Source: Planctomycetia bacterium (GTDB lineage Bacteria > Planctomycetota > MHYJ01 > WSZJ01). From it: 64,000 bases of DNA. Positions within the stretch are counted from its first letter, which is position 1; every line of letters begins with the position of its first letter. The DNA lies in assembly GCA_020849035.1 (NCBI GenBank), contig JADLHC010000114.1, forward strand, positions 4,923 through 68,922, in the 5' to 3' direction. The position numbers and the translations under genes are program-made. The notes under the pieces are model-generated. The model was not told the DNA's origin, ran no database searches, and worked only from the letters and a program-made list of their open reading frames with translations. Positions 1 through 9,366 of the stretch are shown here, piece by piece.

Positions 1-857
1 GCCTTCATCTCGAGGAAGGAGACGAGCGCGGCGACCTCGGCGGAGACCCGCGCAACGCGCTCCGTCTCGAAGTTCGCGGTGACGGGGTTCGAGTGGAACT
101 CCGTGCCGGTCGCGGGGTCCCACATCGGGAACGGCCGCGGGGAGGCGCGGCGGTCCTGGCGTCCCCACGTAGCGCTCACCGCGGCCTGCACGTGGAAGTC
201 GTAGCCCCAGTCGAAGACGACGCTCGGCACGACGATGAGGCGCCCGGCGACGTCCTTGTCGCTGTTCCCGTCCCGACCTGCGAGGGCGCCGTTGCCGTTG
301 AACACCCCGATTGCGTACTGGAGCAGTCCGCGGTGGATCCGTCCGTGCACCATCACGCCGAGGTCCGGCACCGGCGCCTGCATGTAGACGACCGAGTTCT
401 CCGGGAAGTCCCACCAGCGCGTCTCTTCCAGCGTCTCCAGCGAATACGGCTCCTTGAACTGCCCGACGCGGATCCGCAGCCAGTCCCACCGGTTGAACTC
501 GACCCACCCGTACAGCAGCCGCGCCGATCCCGGCAGCACGATCGGCGACACGAACCCCTCGAACGCCTGCGCGATCCGCACCCCGAACTCCGGCGCCGCT
601 TCCCGCACCAGGAACTCGTCCGGCCCTGCGCCGCCGCCCTCGCGCAGGTGGAGGACGGAGTGCTGCACGACCGAAAGGCCGATGCGCGCCGTGAAGAACT
701 CGTCCCTGGAGGCGAAGCGCAGCCCGCGGTCGAACCAGGCGTCGACGGCGCTTTCGCCGGGCGCGGCGCGCAGCTCCAGCGCCCTCACGCGCTCTTCCAG
801 CCCCTGCGCGTGCGCCGTCGCCGCGAGCGCCAGCAGCGCCAGCGCCGCCCGCCTCAT
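1..857 (-). CDS. Outer-membrane porin, phosphate-selective porin O/P-like (3' end lies beyond window start)
   Basis: Absent from the ORF track because it runs off the edge. My minus-strand translation from ATG 857..855 gives signal peptide MRRAALALLALAATAHA-QG. It also gives the in-frame porin O/P-type motif IRVGQFKEPYSLETLEE (around 430-480). The ATG overlaps the upstream stop (ATGA). Confidence 0.6.
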   Translation of the reverse strand, partial: MRRAALALLALAATAHAQGLEERVRALELRAAPGESAVDAWFDRGLRFASRDEFFTARIGLSVVQHSVLHLREGGGAGPDEFLVREAAPEFGVRIAQAFEGFVSPIVLPGSARLLYGWVEFNRWDWLRIRVGQFKEPYSLETLEETRWWDFPENSVVYMQAPVPDLGVMVHGRIHRGLLQYAIGVFNGNGALAGRDGNSDKDVAGRLIVVPSVVFDWGYDFHVQAAVSATWGRQDRRASPRPFPMWDPATGTEFHSNPVTANFETERVARVSAEVAALVSFLEMK

Positions 858-1696
858 CTCACGCCCATCCGCGGCAGCCACCGCGGCGCCTTTCCGCGCG
901 CCCGGTCCATGGCGGCGAGGATCTCGACCGCGCGGAGGCCGACGGCGATCACGTCGTCCTCGGCATTCTCCTTCGCGCCGGCATCGATGAACCGGTTCGC
1001 GGGGCGATTCGCGAACACCGCGCAGGCGCAGCCGGCACGGAGCCCGCGGAGAGTCGCGAGGGTGAACAGCGCGGAGGCCTCCATCTCGAAGTTCGCGACG
1101 CCGATCCGCGCGAGGTCGGCGTCAAGCGTCGGGACGCGCGGCGGAAAGCCGGGGACGGCGCGGGCCTGGGCGCCGTAGAAGCCGGGGGCGGTCGCGGTCA
1201 GCCCGAACGAGTGCTTCAACTTCAGGTCGGAAGCGGCCTGAAGCATCGCGAGCGCGGCCTCGGGGTGCGCGACCGCCGGGTACCCCTCCGGCACGAACCA
1301 GGTGCTCGTGTTCTCCAGCCGCACCGCGCCGCTCGACACGACGATCGAGCCGATCGGCGTCGCCTTCTGCAGCGCCCCGCACGACCCGATCCGCAGGAGC
1401 GTCGGCGACGCGACCTGCGCGAGCTCGACGACCGCGATCTCCGTGTTGTCCGGCCCCATCCCCGTCGCCATCACGCTGACCGGGATCCCCTTCCACGTCC
1501 CCGTGATCGTCACGTACTCGCGGTTCGCGCGCTCGACCTTGACCTTCTCGAACTTCCCCGCGCACCGGCGCGCCCGCGCCGGGTCCCCGCACATCAGGAC
1601 GAACGGCGCCACGTCCCCCGGCGCGCAACCGATGTGGTACTGCCGCCCCGCGGCCGTCCTGACAACCTCTGCCGACTTGTACGTTCGCCGCGCCAT
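854..1696 (-). CDS. Nucleoside phosphorylase (uridine/purine nucleoside phosphorylase, PNP_UDP_1 family)
   Basis: ORF 854..1696. Family-typical segments: CGDPARA, MATGMGPDNTEI, RIGSCGAL, FEMEASALF. Confidence 0.85.
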   Translation of the reverse strand: MARRTYKSAEVVRTAAGRQYHIGCAPGDVAPFVLMCGDPARARRCAGKFEKVKVERANREYVTITGTWKGIPVSVMATGMGPDNTEIAVVELAQVASPTLLRIGSCGALQKATPIGSIVVSSGAVRLENTSTWFVPEGYPAVAHPEAALAMLQAASDLKLKHSFGLTATAPGFYGAQARAVPGFPPRVPTLDADLARIGVANFEMEASALFTLATLRGLRAGCACAVFANRPANRFIDAGAKENAEDDVIAVGLRAVEILAAMDRARGKAPRWLPRMGVR

Positions 1697-1732
1697 CTCC
1701 CCTCCTCGCCGTTCCTGCCCACTGACCCCTGC

Positions 1733-3133
1733 CTACTGCCCACTCCCCGTCGCCCTCGCCACCACTCCCTTCCCCCACTCCACCAGCTCCCGCGCCCTCG
1801 CCTCCGTTCTCGCATCCGCGTACACGCGAATGACCGGCTCCGTCCCGCTCTTCCGGATCAGAACCCACGACCGGTCCCCGTACGACCGCTTCAACCCGTC
1901 GATCGTCAGGTCCCCGCGCCGCCCCTCCAGCCCTTCCTTCTCCCAGATCGCCCGGATCCGCTCCATCGCCGTCGCCTTCGCCCCGTCCGGGCACGTGATC
2001 ATCTCCTTCACCTGCGCGTACCTCGGCACCTCGTCCGCCAGTTCCGACAGCCTCTTCCCCGCCCGCACCAGCAGGTCGAGCATCTTCACCGTCGCCAGCA
2101 CCCCGTCGCACCACGCCGCGTCCCGCACGAAGTAGTACTTCCCCGACTCCTCGTACGCGTAGTCCGCCTTCAGCTCCAGGATCCGCTGCACCGTCGCCGG
2201 CTGCCCCGCCCGGCAGAACTCCAGCCGCGCGCCGAGCTCCTCGCACGTCTCCTCGATCAGGTTCGACGAATTGATCGGCGTCACGCAGACGCTTCCCTTT
2301 TTCAGCACGTCGCGGGCGAAGAGCGCGCCGACGAGGTCCTCGGAAAGGACGCGGCCGGTGTCGTCGACGAAGAGGACGCGGTCGGCGTCGATGTCGGTGG
2401 CGACGCCGAAGTCGCATTTCTCGGCGGCGACGCGGGCGGCGACCTTCGCGAGGTTGTGGGCGCGCGGCTCGGTGGCGCGGTCGGGGACGGCCTTGGGCTC
2501 GGCGTTGGAGGGGACGCCCGCGACGCCGAGCTGCTCGAAGAGCGGGCCGAAGACGTAGGAGGCGGCGCCGTTGCAGGGGTCGAAGAGCACGCGGAACTTC
2601 CGCGCCGCGACGGCGCGGAGGTCGCACGAGCGCAGGAGGATCTCGCGGTAGAGGCCGAGCGGGTTGCGCGCGAGGATGCAGGCCCCGATGCGGTCGGCGC
2701 CGATCGTCTCGGCGCGCTGGTCCGCGGCGTCGTACATCTGCTCGAGCACGACCGCCTCGTCGTCGGGGATGTAGCCGCCGTGCTCCATCATCACGATGAA
2801 CCCGTTGCGGTCCGGCGGCGTGTGGGACCCGGTGATGAGCACGCCGGCGTCGCAGTGCTTTTCGCGGATCCACGTCGCCAGCCCGCCCGTCGGGATGATC
2901 CCGCAGTCCTGCACGCGCAGCCCCGCCGACTGCAGCCCCGCCGCCGCCGCCCGCGCCAGCATGTCGCTTCCCGGCCGCGTGTCGCGCCCGAGCGCGACGT
3001 TGCCTTCGTTGCCGAGGTGATCGCCGAGGCAGCGGGACATGCGCAAGGCGAGGGCCGGGGTGACGTCGATGTTGGTGCGGCCGCGGATGCCGGCCGTTCC
3101 GAACATCCGGGGTGTCTGGGGACCGTCGGGCAT
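1733..3133 (-). CDS. Phosphohexomutase (phosphoglucosamine/phosphomanno/phosphoglucomutase family)
   Basis: ORF 1733..3256 trimmed to Met42 (ATG 3133); upstream codons read through a repeat. Motifs: GTAGIRG, active site TGSHTPPDRNG, Mg site TDIDADR, sugar site EESGKY, phosphate site RKSGTEPVIRVY. Confidence 0.9.
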   Translation of the reverse strand: MPDGPQTPRMFGTAGIRGRTNIDVTPALALRMSRCLGDHLGNEGNVALGRDTRPGSDMLARAAAAGLQSAGLRVQDCGIIPTGGLATWIREKHCDAGVLITGSHTPPDRNGFIVMMEHGGYIPDDEAVVLEQMYDAADQRAETIGADRIGACILARNPLGLYREILLRSCDLRAVAARKFRVLFDPCNGAASYVFGPLFEQLGVAGVPSNAEPKAVPDRATEPRAHNLAKVAARVAAEKCDFGVATDIDADRVLFVDDTGRVLSEDLVGALFARDVLKKGSVCVTPINSSNLIEETCEELGARLEFCRAGQPATVQRILELKADYAYEESGKYYFVRDAAWCDGVLATVKMLDLLVRAGKRLSELADEVPRYAQVKEMITCPDGAKATAMERIRAIWEKEGLEGRRGDLTIDGLKRSYGDRSWVLIRKSGTEPVIRVYADARTEARARELVEWGKGVVARATGSGQ

Positions 3134-3176
3134 GGCGGGATTGTGCGGCGGGAGGGCTGGCGGAGGAAGGAAAGCG

Positions 3177-3316
3177 TGAGGCGAGTGGCGAGTGGCGAGT
3201 GAAGAGTGGCGCATTGTGGGAGGTTTGAGGGAAGGTCTAACGACCGCCGGCAACACTGGCCGGACCGGCCTCTCCGCCCTCCACTCGCCACTCGCCGCTC
3301 GCCACTCGTCACTCGC
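3177..3316. repeat. Inverted blocks of tandem heptamers (AGTGGCG x5, ~70-nt loop, CACTCGC x5)
   Basis: Read directly. Left units tgaggcg, AGTGGCG, AGTGGCG, AGTGAAG, AGTGGCG span 3177-3211. Right units CACTCGC, CACTCGC, CGCTCGC, CACTCGT, CACTCGC span 3282-3316. The right block ends 3 nt before the stop of the upstream gene (3320). Confidence 0.9.
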
Positions 3317-3319
3317 CCT

Positions 3320-3979
3320 TCACGCCCCCTCCCGCTCCTCGCGCTTCCCCAGCGCCCACGCCCCCGCGCCGGCCGCCGCGTACGCCAGCGCCACCCACCC
3401 CCACGCCGGGTACGCGTGCGCGTGATAGGCGCCGATGTCGCTTCGCGCGTAGACGAACGCCTTCATCAGCAGGTCCATCTTCCAGAACGCCGCCGACACG
3501 ATCAGCGAGGGATTCGCGCCGACGGCGAACTCGACGAGCGCGCGACGCAGCCCGGCGCCCTGCACCGCCGCGATTACGGGATCGAAAAGGAGATGCGTGG
3601 CGCACAGGAACAGCCCGGCCCCGGACGCGACCAGGTGCCCCGCGGCCGCGCCCCGGCGCGCGCCGAGGCGGAAGAGCCCGGCCACGAACGCGGACCACGC
3701 GGCGAGGAAGACGGCGGCGCCGAGAAGCGGGAGGAGGCCGGGCGAGCCGATGCCGAACCCCGCAAGCGCGAGGAGCGCCGCCGCGCCCGCCGCGGGCGGC
3801 AGGAGGGCGTCGTGACGCAGGCGTCGCTCGACAGGCAGCCCGAAGGGCACGACCAGCGCCAGGATCGCCGGCGCCAGCGTGGCCGCGAAGTAGCACCGCT
3901 CCGCCCCCGCCGGCGCCGCCAGCGCCGACACCAGCACCGCCAGCCCCGATGCCCCGGCTGCCGCCAGGCGGCGCTTCAT
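3320..3979 (-). CDS. Hypothetical integral membrane protein
   Basis: ORF 3320..3979. Several hydrophobic helices and a non-shadow-like C-terminus (NPSLIVSAAFWKMDLLMKAFVYARSDIGAYH). No family recognised. Confidence 0.5.
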   Translation of the reverse strand: MKRRLAAAGASGLAVLVSALAAPAGAERCYFAATLAPAILALVVPFGLPVERRLRHDALLPPAAGAAALLALAGFGIGSPGLLPLLGAAVFLAAWSAFVAGLFRLGARRGAAAGHLVASGAGLFLCATHLLFDPVIAAVQGAGLRRALVEFAVGANPSLIVSAAFWKMDLLMKAFVYARSDIGAYHAHAYPAWGWVALAYAAAGAGAWALGKREEREGA

Positions 3980-4089
3980 CGCGAATCTCCGGTCGTCTCG
4001 GGAACGGGCGCTCTCATGGCGTGCGCGGATTCTATACGGCTCTCGGCCGGGCAGGGTTCATTCCTTGCGCGGCGCGAACTCGCGCCGGC

Positions 4090-4635
4090 TCAAGGAAGGG
4101 ACCGGAGCGCCTCGACCACCAGCCGCCGCACGAACGCCTCGATGTCGCGCTGCTCGCCGGTGCGCAGCGTCACGGTCCTCCGGCTCACCTTCTCCGTCCA
4201 GGACGCCCGACCGTCGGCGGCCGCGAGAATCTCCAGTTCGTACTCGATCGTCGCCTTCCCCGCCGTTTCCACGACCCCGAGATCCCACTCACCCACGCGC
4301 ACGACAAGCAGCCCCTCCGCCCCGCCGGAAGCCCGGAGCCGCTCCAGCGCCTCCTCGCGCGTCCCCTCCGACGCCCCAGCCGCCTCCTCGACCGCGAACC
4401 CGTCCGCCTCGAACTCCTCCTGCGCGGCCCGCGCCATCAGCTCCCCGATCGTCCCCGCGTCCCTCCCCAGCAGGCGCTTCAGCACCATCCGCCCCCTCGC
4501 CTCCTGCGCCGAGGGTTCTTCCAGCCGCAACGCAAGGGTACGCGGCAGCGACGCGTCGGGCGCGGCGGCGCAGCCGGGGAGCAGGGCGAAGGCGGTCAGC
4601 GCGAGGCGGATCCGGCGCAATGCTGTTCGAGCCAT
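4090..4635 (-). CDS. Hypothetical lipoprotein
   Basis: ORF 4090..4821 trimmed to Met63 (ATG 4635). Signal peptide with lipobox LLPGC. Ordinary amino-acid composition. No family recognised. Confidence 0.6.
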   Translation of the reverse strand: MARTALRRIRLALTAFALLPGCAAAPDASLPRTLALRLEEPSAQEARGRMVLKRLLGRDAGTIGELMARAAQEEFEADGFAVEEAAGASEGTREEALERLRASGGAEGLLVVRVGEWDLGVVETAGKATIEYELEILAAADGRASWTEKVSRRTVTLRTGEQRDIEAFVRRLVVEALRSLP

Positions 4636-4880
4636 GAGAAGGTGTCCTCCTGCATCTGCCGGTCCATGCCGGCGCGTGGTCCCATCTGTCGCATGATGCC
4701 GCGCCACTCGACGCGGTCGTATTCCGCCGGCTCGTGGGGCGCGTGGCACTGCGAGCAGCGGCTTTCGTAGAGCTGGCGTCCCGCGGCGGGGTCGCCGGGC
4801 CGAAGCGGGGCCTGCGAGCACCCCGCCACGGCCGCGGCGGCGGCCGCGAGGGCGGCGAAGACGGCGGCGATCCTGTGCAC
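4596..4880 (-). CDS. Small monohaem c-type cytochrome lipoprotein
   Basis: GTG 4880 is in frame with ORF 4596..5075, 2 nt after the porin stop. Lipobox VAGC followed by a single CSQCH haem-binding motif. Confidence 0.6.
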   Translation of the reverse strand: MHRIAAVFAALAAAAAAVAGCSQAPLRPGDPAAGRQLYESRCSQCHAPHEPAEYDRVEWRGIMRQMGPRAGMDRQMQEDTFSWLEQHCAGSASR

Positions 4881-4882
4881 GA

Positions 4883-6148
4883 TCAGAATCCCACCGCGAG
4901 CGACGCCGCGACTCCGTCCTGCTGGAAATTCCCCCAGCCCTCGTCGCTGTCCTCGTCCACGTACTCCACCTTGAACGCGACCTGCTCGATCGGCCGGAAG
5001 TTGAACCCGAACGACAGCCGGCGCTGGTGGTTCCACCGGTGCGTCACCGGGTCCTGCACCGCCGTCGCGTCCCACAGCGCGACCAGCGTGAACGTCGGGG
5101 AGTCGAAGCCGATGCCGACGAAGGTGTCCCTGAGGAAGGGCGGGAAGAAGTGGAAGGAGAGCTGCGCGAAGGCGCCCTGCCCGCGCGGGGCGGTCGGCGC
5201 GCCGCCGGAGGTGAAGGTGCGGTCGGCGGTGAAGCGTGCGGCCTCGATGCGGAGCTCGAGCGGGCCGGAGATCCAGCCGCCGCCCTTGCCGAGCGGCACC
5301 GCGACCGTCAGGTCCGCGGCGTACGAGAAAACGGTGTGCTTCCCGTCGTCGTCGAACCGCCCGCGGTAACCCGCGACCCCGAACGTCACCTTTCCGTCGA
5401 ACGCCACCGCCTCCAGCCGCGCGACGTACGACTTGTCGCTGTTGTTGTCCTTCAGCTTCTGCACGTCGTCCGCAGCGTCGCGCAGGCCGTTCTTCACCGT
5501 GACGTTCCCGCGGAGGCCGTTCACGATGTACGTCTCATAGTTCAGCGTCACGGGCCCGAGGAAGAACGACCCGAAGAACCCGACGCCGGTCTCGCTCCAA
5601 GTCGTCGGGATGAGGTAGCGCGTGGTCAGCGGCCGCAGCGTCAGGTCGCGCCCGTCGCTGTCGTGCAGCACGTTCAGCTTCCCCATCGGCATCAGCACCA
5701 CGCCGCCGCGGAAGTTGATCATGTCGTGGATGAGGAAATCGAGGTACGCCTGCTCGACCTTGAGCTCGCCCGCGGCGTGCTCGTATTCGATCTCCGAGTT
5801 GAAGTACAGCCGCTCGTGGAGGTAGGAGGAGACCTGCAGGATCAGATGGTGATTGTCGAACGTCGAGTTCTGGTGGCGGAAGTCGGTGAACTCGAGGTCC
5901 AGGTAGCCGCCGATGCGCGTGCGGTTGATGAGCCGCGTGAGCGCGTTGATCCGCCCGCGCTCCTTCGGGTCCTCCGGCTCCTTCTTCTCCCCCTCCTTCT
6001 CCGGCTCCTCTCCCAGCTCCTTCTTCAGCTCGTCCACCTGCTCCTCGAGCTCGCGCAGCCTCTCCAGCGGCGTCTTCTCCTTCTCCTCGGCTCCCGCGAC
6101 GCCCCCGAGCAGCGCCGACAGCACGGCGCACGCGATGGTAAAGCGCAT
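4883..6148 (-). CDS. Outer-membrane beta-barrel porin-like protein
   Basis: ORF 4883..6256 trimmed to Met37 (ATG 6148 behind GAAGGGG). Signal peptide, acidic/Lys coiled-coil linker (EEKEKTPLERLRELEEQVDELKKEL), amphipathic beta-strand pattern. C-terminal ...SLAVGF ends in Phe, typical of OMPs. Confidence 0.75.
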   Translation of the reverse strand: MRFTIACAVLSALLGGVAGAEEKEKTPLERLRELEEQVDELKKELGEEPEKEGEKKEPEDPKERGRINALTRLINRTRIGGYLDLEFTDFRHQNSTFDNHHLILQVSSYLHERLYFNSEIEYEHAAGELKVEQAYLDFLIHDMINFRGGVVLMPMGKLNVLHDSDGRDLTLRPLTTRYLIPTTWSETGVGFFGSFFLGPVTLNYETYIVNGLRGNVTVKNGLRDAADDVQKLKDNNSDKSYVARLEAVAFDGKVTFGVAGYRGRFDDDGKHTVFSYAADLTVAVPLGKGGGWISGPLELRIEAARFTADRTFTSGGAPTAPRGQGAFAQLSFHFFPPFLRDTFVGIGFDSPTFTLVALWDATAVQDPVTHRWNHQRRLSFGFNFRPIEQVAFKVEYVDEDSDEGWGNFQQDGVAASLAVGF

Positions 6149-6362
6149 TAATGACCCCTTCTCGGTTGACACGCTTCCCTGCGGAGGCGTAGCCTTCCGG
6201 TGTCCTCGTGACACGGCCCCTTGGGGCCGCGGCCCCTGGTGGCAGCCAGGGGCCATCTTTTTTCCCGGGCGTGGCAGCGCCCCCGTCCCGACATCCGGGC
6301 CGGCGCCGCGCGCGACCGGGTCGCGCGCCGCACGGGCCCACCCTGTTGCGCGGGTCGCGCCC

Positions 6363-6806
6363 CTACTCCTGCAGGCTCCTCAGGAAACTGATCACTTCCC
6401 AGCGCTCCTTCTCCGTCAGCACCCCGTCCCACCGCGGCATCGCCGTCCCGTGCTTCCCCTCCGAGATCCGCCAGAACAGCCACGCGTCCGAGTGCTCCTG
6501 CAGCACCGTCCCCGTCGCAAAGTCCGCGGGCGCCGGCGTCAGCTTCTTCGCCGCCGGCCCCCTCCCGTCCGCGTGCGCCCCGTGGCAGGCCGCGCAGCCC
6601 TTGTTCAGGACGATGCGCATGCCGTTGTTGCGGGTGACGCCGTCCTGGGGAAGGGGGTTGACGAGGTGGCGGTAGTCCTGCGGCAGGTCGGGCTCGGCCG
6701 GGCGGCGTCCGTGAATGACCCACGTGAGGATGCCGGCCGCGACGGCCGCGAGGGCGGCCGCGAGAATGGCGGTGGTGAACAGGACGTGCCCGCGGGGGAG
6801 GCTCAT
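6363..6806 (-). CDS. Membrane-anchored monohaem cytochrome c
   Basis: Last 148 codons of ORF 6363..8015. ATG 6806 overlaps the FTR1 stop (ATGA). One N-terminal TM helix, CAACH haem motif, candidate distal Met in GTAMPRW. Confidence 0.75.
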   Translation of the reverse strand: MSLPRGHVLFTTAILAAALAAVAAGILTWVIHGRRPAEPDLPQDYRHLVNPLPQDGVTRNNGMRIVLNKGCAACHGAHADGRGPAAKKLTPAPADFATGTVLQEHSDAWLFWRISEGKHGTAMPRWDGVLTEKERWEVISFLRSLQE

Positions 6807-8008
6807 CGGACGGCCTCCATGGGACGGGGCTCGGCGCGCGGAGCCGCGGGCGGCTGTGGCTCCGGCGGCGTCCGGCGCAGGAACGTCCACGCCAGCCCCG
6901 CCGCCACCGCGACCAGCACGAGCGCCTGAAGCGCCAGGCTTTCCGCCGTCGGGTGAATCCCCAGCCAGTTCTTCAGGAACGACGAATCCGGGATCCATCC
7001 CACCGGCGTCCGCGGCAGCACCCGCCCTTCCTGCAGCTCCACGATCCCGTCCCCCGCAAACTTGAACACGAGCGCCAGGAGCAGGGCCGAAGTCCCGGCG
7101 AAGAACGCCCGGATCGGCAGGCGCATCCCGGCGACGATGATCGCGACGAACACGCCCGCGAGCACCACGGCTGCGATCCCGATCCCCGTCAGCAGCGCCC
7201 CCCACCCCGCGCCGCCCGCCTCGAGCGCGCGCAGCATCAGCACCGTCTCGAACCCCTCGCGGAACACCACCAGGAACGCCAGCGACCCCAGCGCCGCCAC
7301 GTTCCCGCCCGACAGCGCCTTCCTCACGTTGTCCGTGATGAACGCCTGCCATTTCTTCCCGTCGATCTTCGACACCAGCCAGTAGCTCATCCAGAAGAGC
7401 ACGGCGGCGGCGACGAGCATCGTGACGCCCTCGAGGATCTCCTGGTGCTGGCCGCTGACCTTGAGGACCTTGAGGGACAGCGCGTAGAGGCCGAAGGTGG
7501 CGGCGACCGCGAGGCCGGCGCCGAGCCAGAGGACCTTCGCCAGTTCGCGGCGGCCGATCTTGCGCAGCGTCGCGGCGATGGCGCCGAGGATGAGGAGGGC
7601 CTCGAAGCCCTCGCGGAAGAGGATGACGAAGGCGTTGAAGGCCGAGGACCGGGGGGAAGGAGGCTCCTCGAACAGGCGCGCGGCGGCGGCGAAGTCGGCG
7701 TCGAGGGCCTCGCGGCGGGCGCGGGCGGCGGCGGCGTCGCCGGTTTCGTAGGCGCGGGCGAGGTCGAGCCAGCGGGCCTCGAGCGACCGGTAGAGCCCGT
7801 GGTCCTTGGCGGCGAGGGCGCCGTGGAATTCGCAGTCTTCGAAGATCTTGAACGCGCGGACCGTGGCGTCGGCGGCGCCGTCGGCGTCGCCCGCGTCCAT
7901 CGCGGCGGCGGCGTCGTCGAGCTTCGCGCGCATGGCGGCCAGGTCCGCGTCGTGCGGGCCCGCGACGGCCGCGAGGGAGCAGAGCGCCAGCAGGGCGAGC
8001 GACCTCAC
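6803..8008 (-). CDS. FTR1-family high-affinity iron permease (EfeU/FtrC-like) with N-terminal periplasmic extension
   Basis: ORF 6803..8008. GTG start overlaps the upstream stop (GTGA). Two REGFE motifs (REGFEALL, REGFETVL), multiple TM helices, signal peptide plus ~125-aa helical N-terminal domain. Confidence 0.9.
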   Translation of the reverse strand: MRSLALLALCSLAAVAGPHDADLAAMRAKLDDAAAAMDAGDADGAADATVRAFKIFEDCEFHGALAAKDHGLYRSLEARWLDLARAYETGDAAAARARREALDADFAAAARLFEEPPSPRSSAFNAFVILFREGFEALLILGAIAATLRKIGRRELAKVLWLGAGLAVAATFGLYALSLKVLKVSGQHQEILEGVTMLVAAAVLFWMSYWLVSKIDGKKWQAFITDNVRKALSGGNVAALGSLAFLVVFREGFETVLMLRALEAGGAGWGALLTGIGIAAVVLAGVFVAIIVAGMRLPIRAFFAGTSALLLALVFKFAGDGIVELQEGRVLPRTPVGWIPDSSFLKNWLGIHPTAESLALQALVLVAVAAGLAWTFLRRTPPEPQPPAAPRAEPRPMEAVR

Positions 8009-9366
8009 TTTTCACCCGCCTTTCCGCCCCACTCGTAGGTCGCCGTCGCGGGGGCGCGGAACTTCCCCTCCTCGAACAGCCCGTACGCCGGCGGCAGCAC
8101 CTTCGCCGTGACCGTGTACGCTCCCTCGGCGAGCTTCACCGTGTTCCCGTAGTGCGCGAATTCGGAGAGCAGGTTGTGCATGACGATCGTCTGCACCGCC
8201 CCCGTCCCCTTGTGCTTCATCTCCAGGGTCACCTTCGCGCCCATGACGATGCGGTTCGTGCCGCGCTCGAGAAGCGCGATCTCCAGGTGGTGCGTGTCGT
8301 CGTCCTTCGCCGGCCGCGCCTCGAGCGCGCTCTTTTCCCAGCACCAGATCGGCTCGGGGGCCTCCGCGATGAAGCCGATGCGGTAGTCGCCGACGTCCTG
8401 CACCTCGAGCGACTCCGCGAGCGCCTGTTCGACGTCGCAGCCGATGCGGTACCCCTCGTACACCGGCGCGGGCCGCGGCGCGTCCACCGTGACCTCGCCG
8501 CCGTGCCGCGTCACCTTGAACTCCGCGCGCCCCGGCTGCAGGTAGATCCCCATCGCGTCCCCGTGCCGGCAGATCGGCGGCGCGTCCACCTCCACCTTCA
8601 GCGCGAACGTCCCCTCCGGCAGCGCGAGGTTCGCGCCGTAGAACACGTAGTCGCCCCACACCGCACCCAGCGCGACCGGGCCCTTGCCGAAATCCACCGT
8701 CACCTTCGACGAAAGAAGCGGCCTCTTGCTCCCCTTCTCACGCACCACGATCCCGACGAGGTGCGAGGCCCCGTCCGGCTTCTCCGTCGTCCACGCACCC
8801 TCGGCTCCGTACCGGCCGATCGTGCGCGGAGCGAACGCCACGAATCCCAGCCGGTAGTCGTCCGCGACGAGCTCGCCCTTGATGTCCGCGTCCGCGGCCT
8901 GCGCCGACGCAACCGTCGGGCGCATCGCCGGCGGCACGCCGCCCGCGAGCTGCCCCTCCAGCGCCCGGGACACCGCCACCACCACCGCCCCCACCTTCAC
9001 CGGGTCTGCCAGCGCGTCCACCAGCTTCCTCAGCTCCGCGATTCCCTCCTCCACCGCCTTCGCCGCCGAAGAGTCCTTCGACGCCACCTCCGCCGACAGC
9101 GCCTTCCACGCCCGCTCCGCAGGCTTCAGCCCCATCAGCGTCGCCTCGTCGAACTCCTGCTTGTCCACCACCTTCCCGTCTCGCACCGCGGCTTCGTACT
9201 CGTTCTTCGTGAAGCGCAGGTACCCGACGAGCTCGCCCACGCGCTGCTCGTACTCCGACGGCGCGTCGGTGCCGCCCTTCTTCGGGCCCTGCGAAGGCTC
9301 GGCCTTGCGGCCGCAACCGGCGGCGGCGACAAGGGCGGCGAGGACGATGGTGGAAACGAGGCGCAT
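8005..9366 (-). CDS. Periplasmic iron-uptake lipoprotein with two tandem Tp34/P19/FetP-like (Fe2+ transport protein) domains
   Basis: ORF 8005..9627 trimmed to Met88 (ATG 9366, TAATG overlap with fur stop). Lipobox AAAGC. Helical N-domain, then two repeats with family-like signatures: DDYRLGF...SHLVGIVV...FYGANLAL and GDYRIGF...HHLEIALL...AHYGNTVKL. Confidence 0.7.
   Translation of the reverse strand: MRLVSTIVLAALVAAAGCGRKAEPSQGPKKGGTDAPSEYEQRVGELVGYLRFTKNEYEAAVRDGKVVDKQEFDEATLMGLKPAERAWKALSAEVASKDSSAAKAVEEGIAELRKLVDALADPVKVGAVVVAVSRALEGQLAGGVPPAMRPTVASAQAADADIKGELVADDYRLGFVAFAPRTIGRYGAEGAWTTEKPDGASHLVGIVVREKGSKRPLLSSKVTVDFGKGPVALGAVWGDYVFYGANLALPEGTFALKVEVDAPPICRHGDAMGIYLQPGRAEFKVTRHGGEVTVDAPRPAPVYEGYRIGCDVEQALAESLEVQDVGDYRIGFIAEAPEPIWCWEKSALEARPAKDDDTHHLEIALLERGTNRIVMGAKVTLEMKHKGTGAVQTIVMHNLLSEFAHYGNTVKLAEGAYTVTAKVLPPAYGLFEEGKFRAPATATYEWGGKAGEK

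Noticed and set aside
1122-3202. Very long ORFs on both strands (1122..2873 minus, 1211..3202 plus). Similar giants occur elsewhere: 16965..19640, 19270..21630, 21614..23272, 39700..43146, 51465..54893, 59563..62373, 62456..63826.
   Set aside because: Their translations are dominated by Arg/Pro/Gly/Ala/Asp runs with no motifs. Each overlaps a gene with clear family signatures in another frame. These are typical shadow ORFs of ~70% GC DNA.
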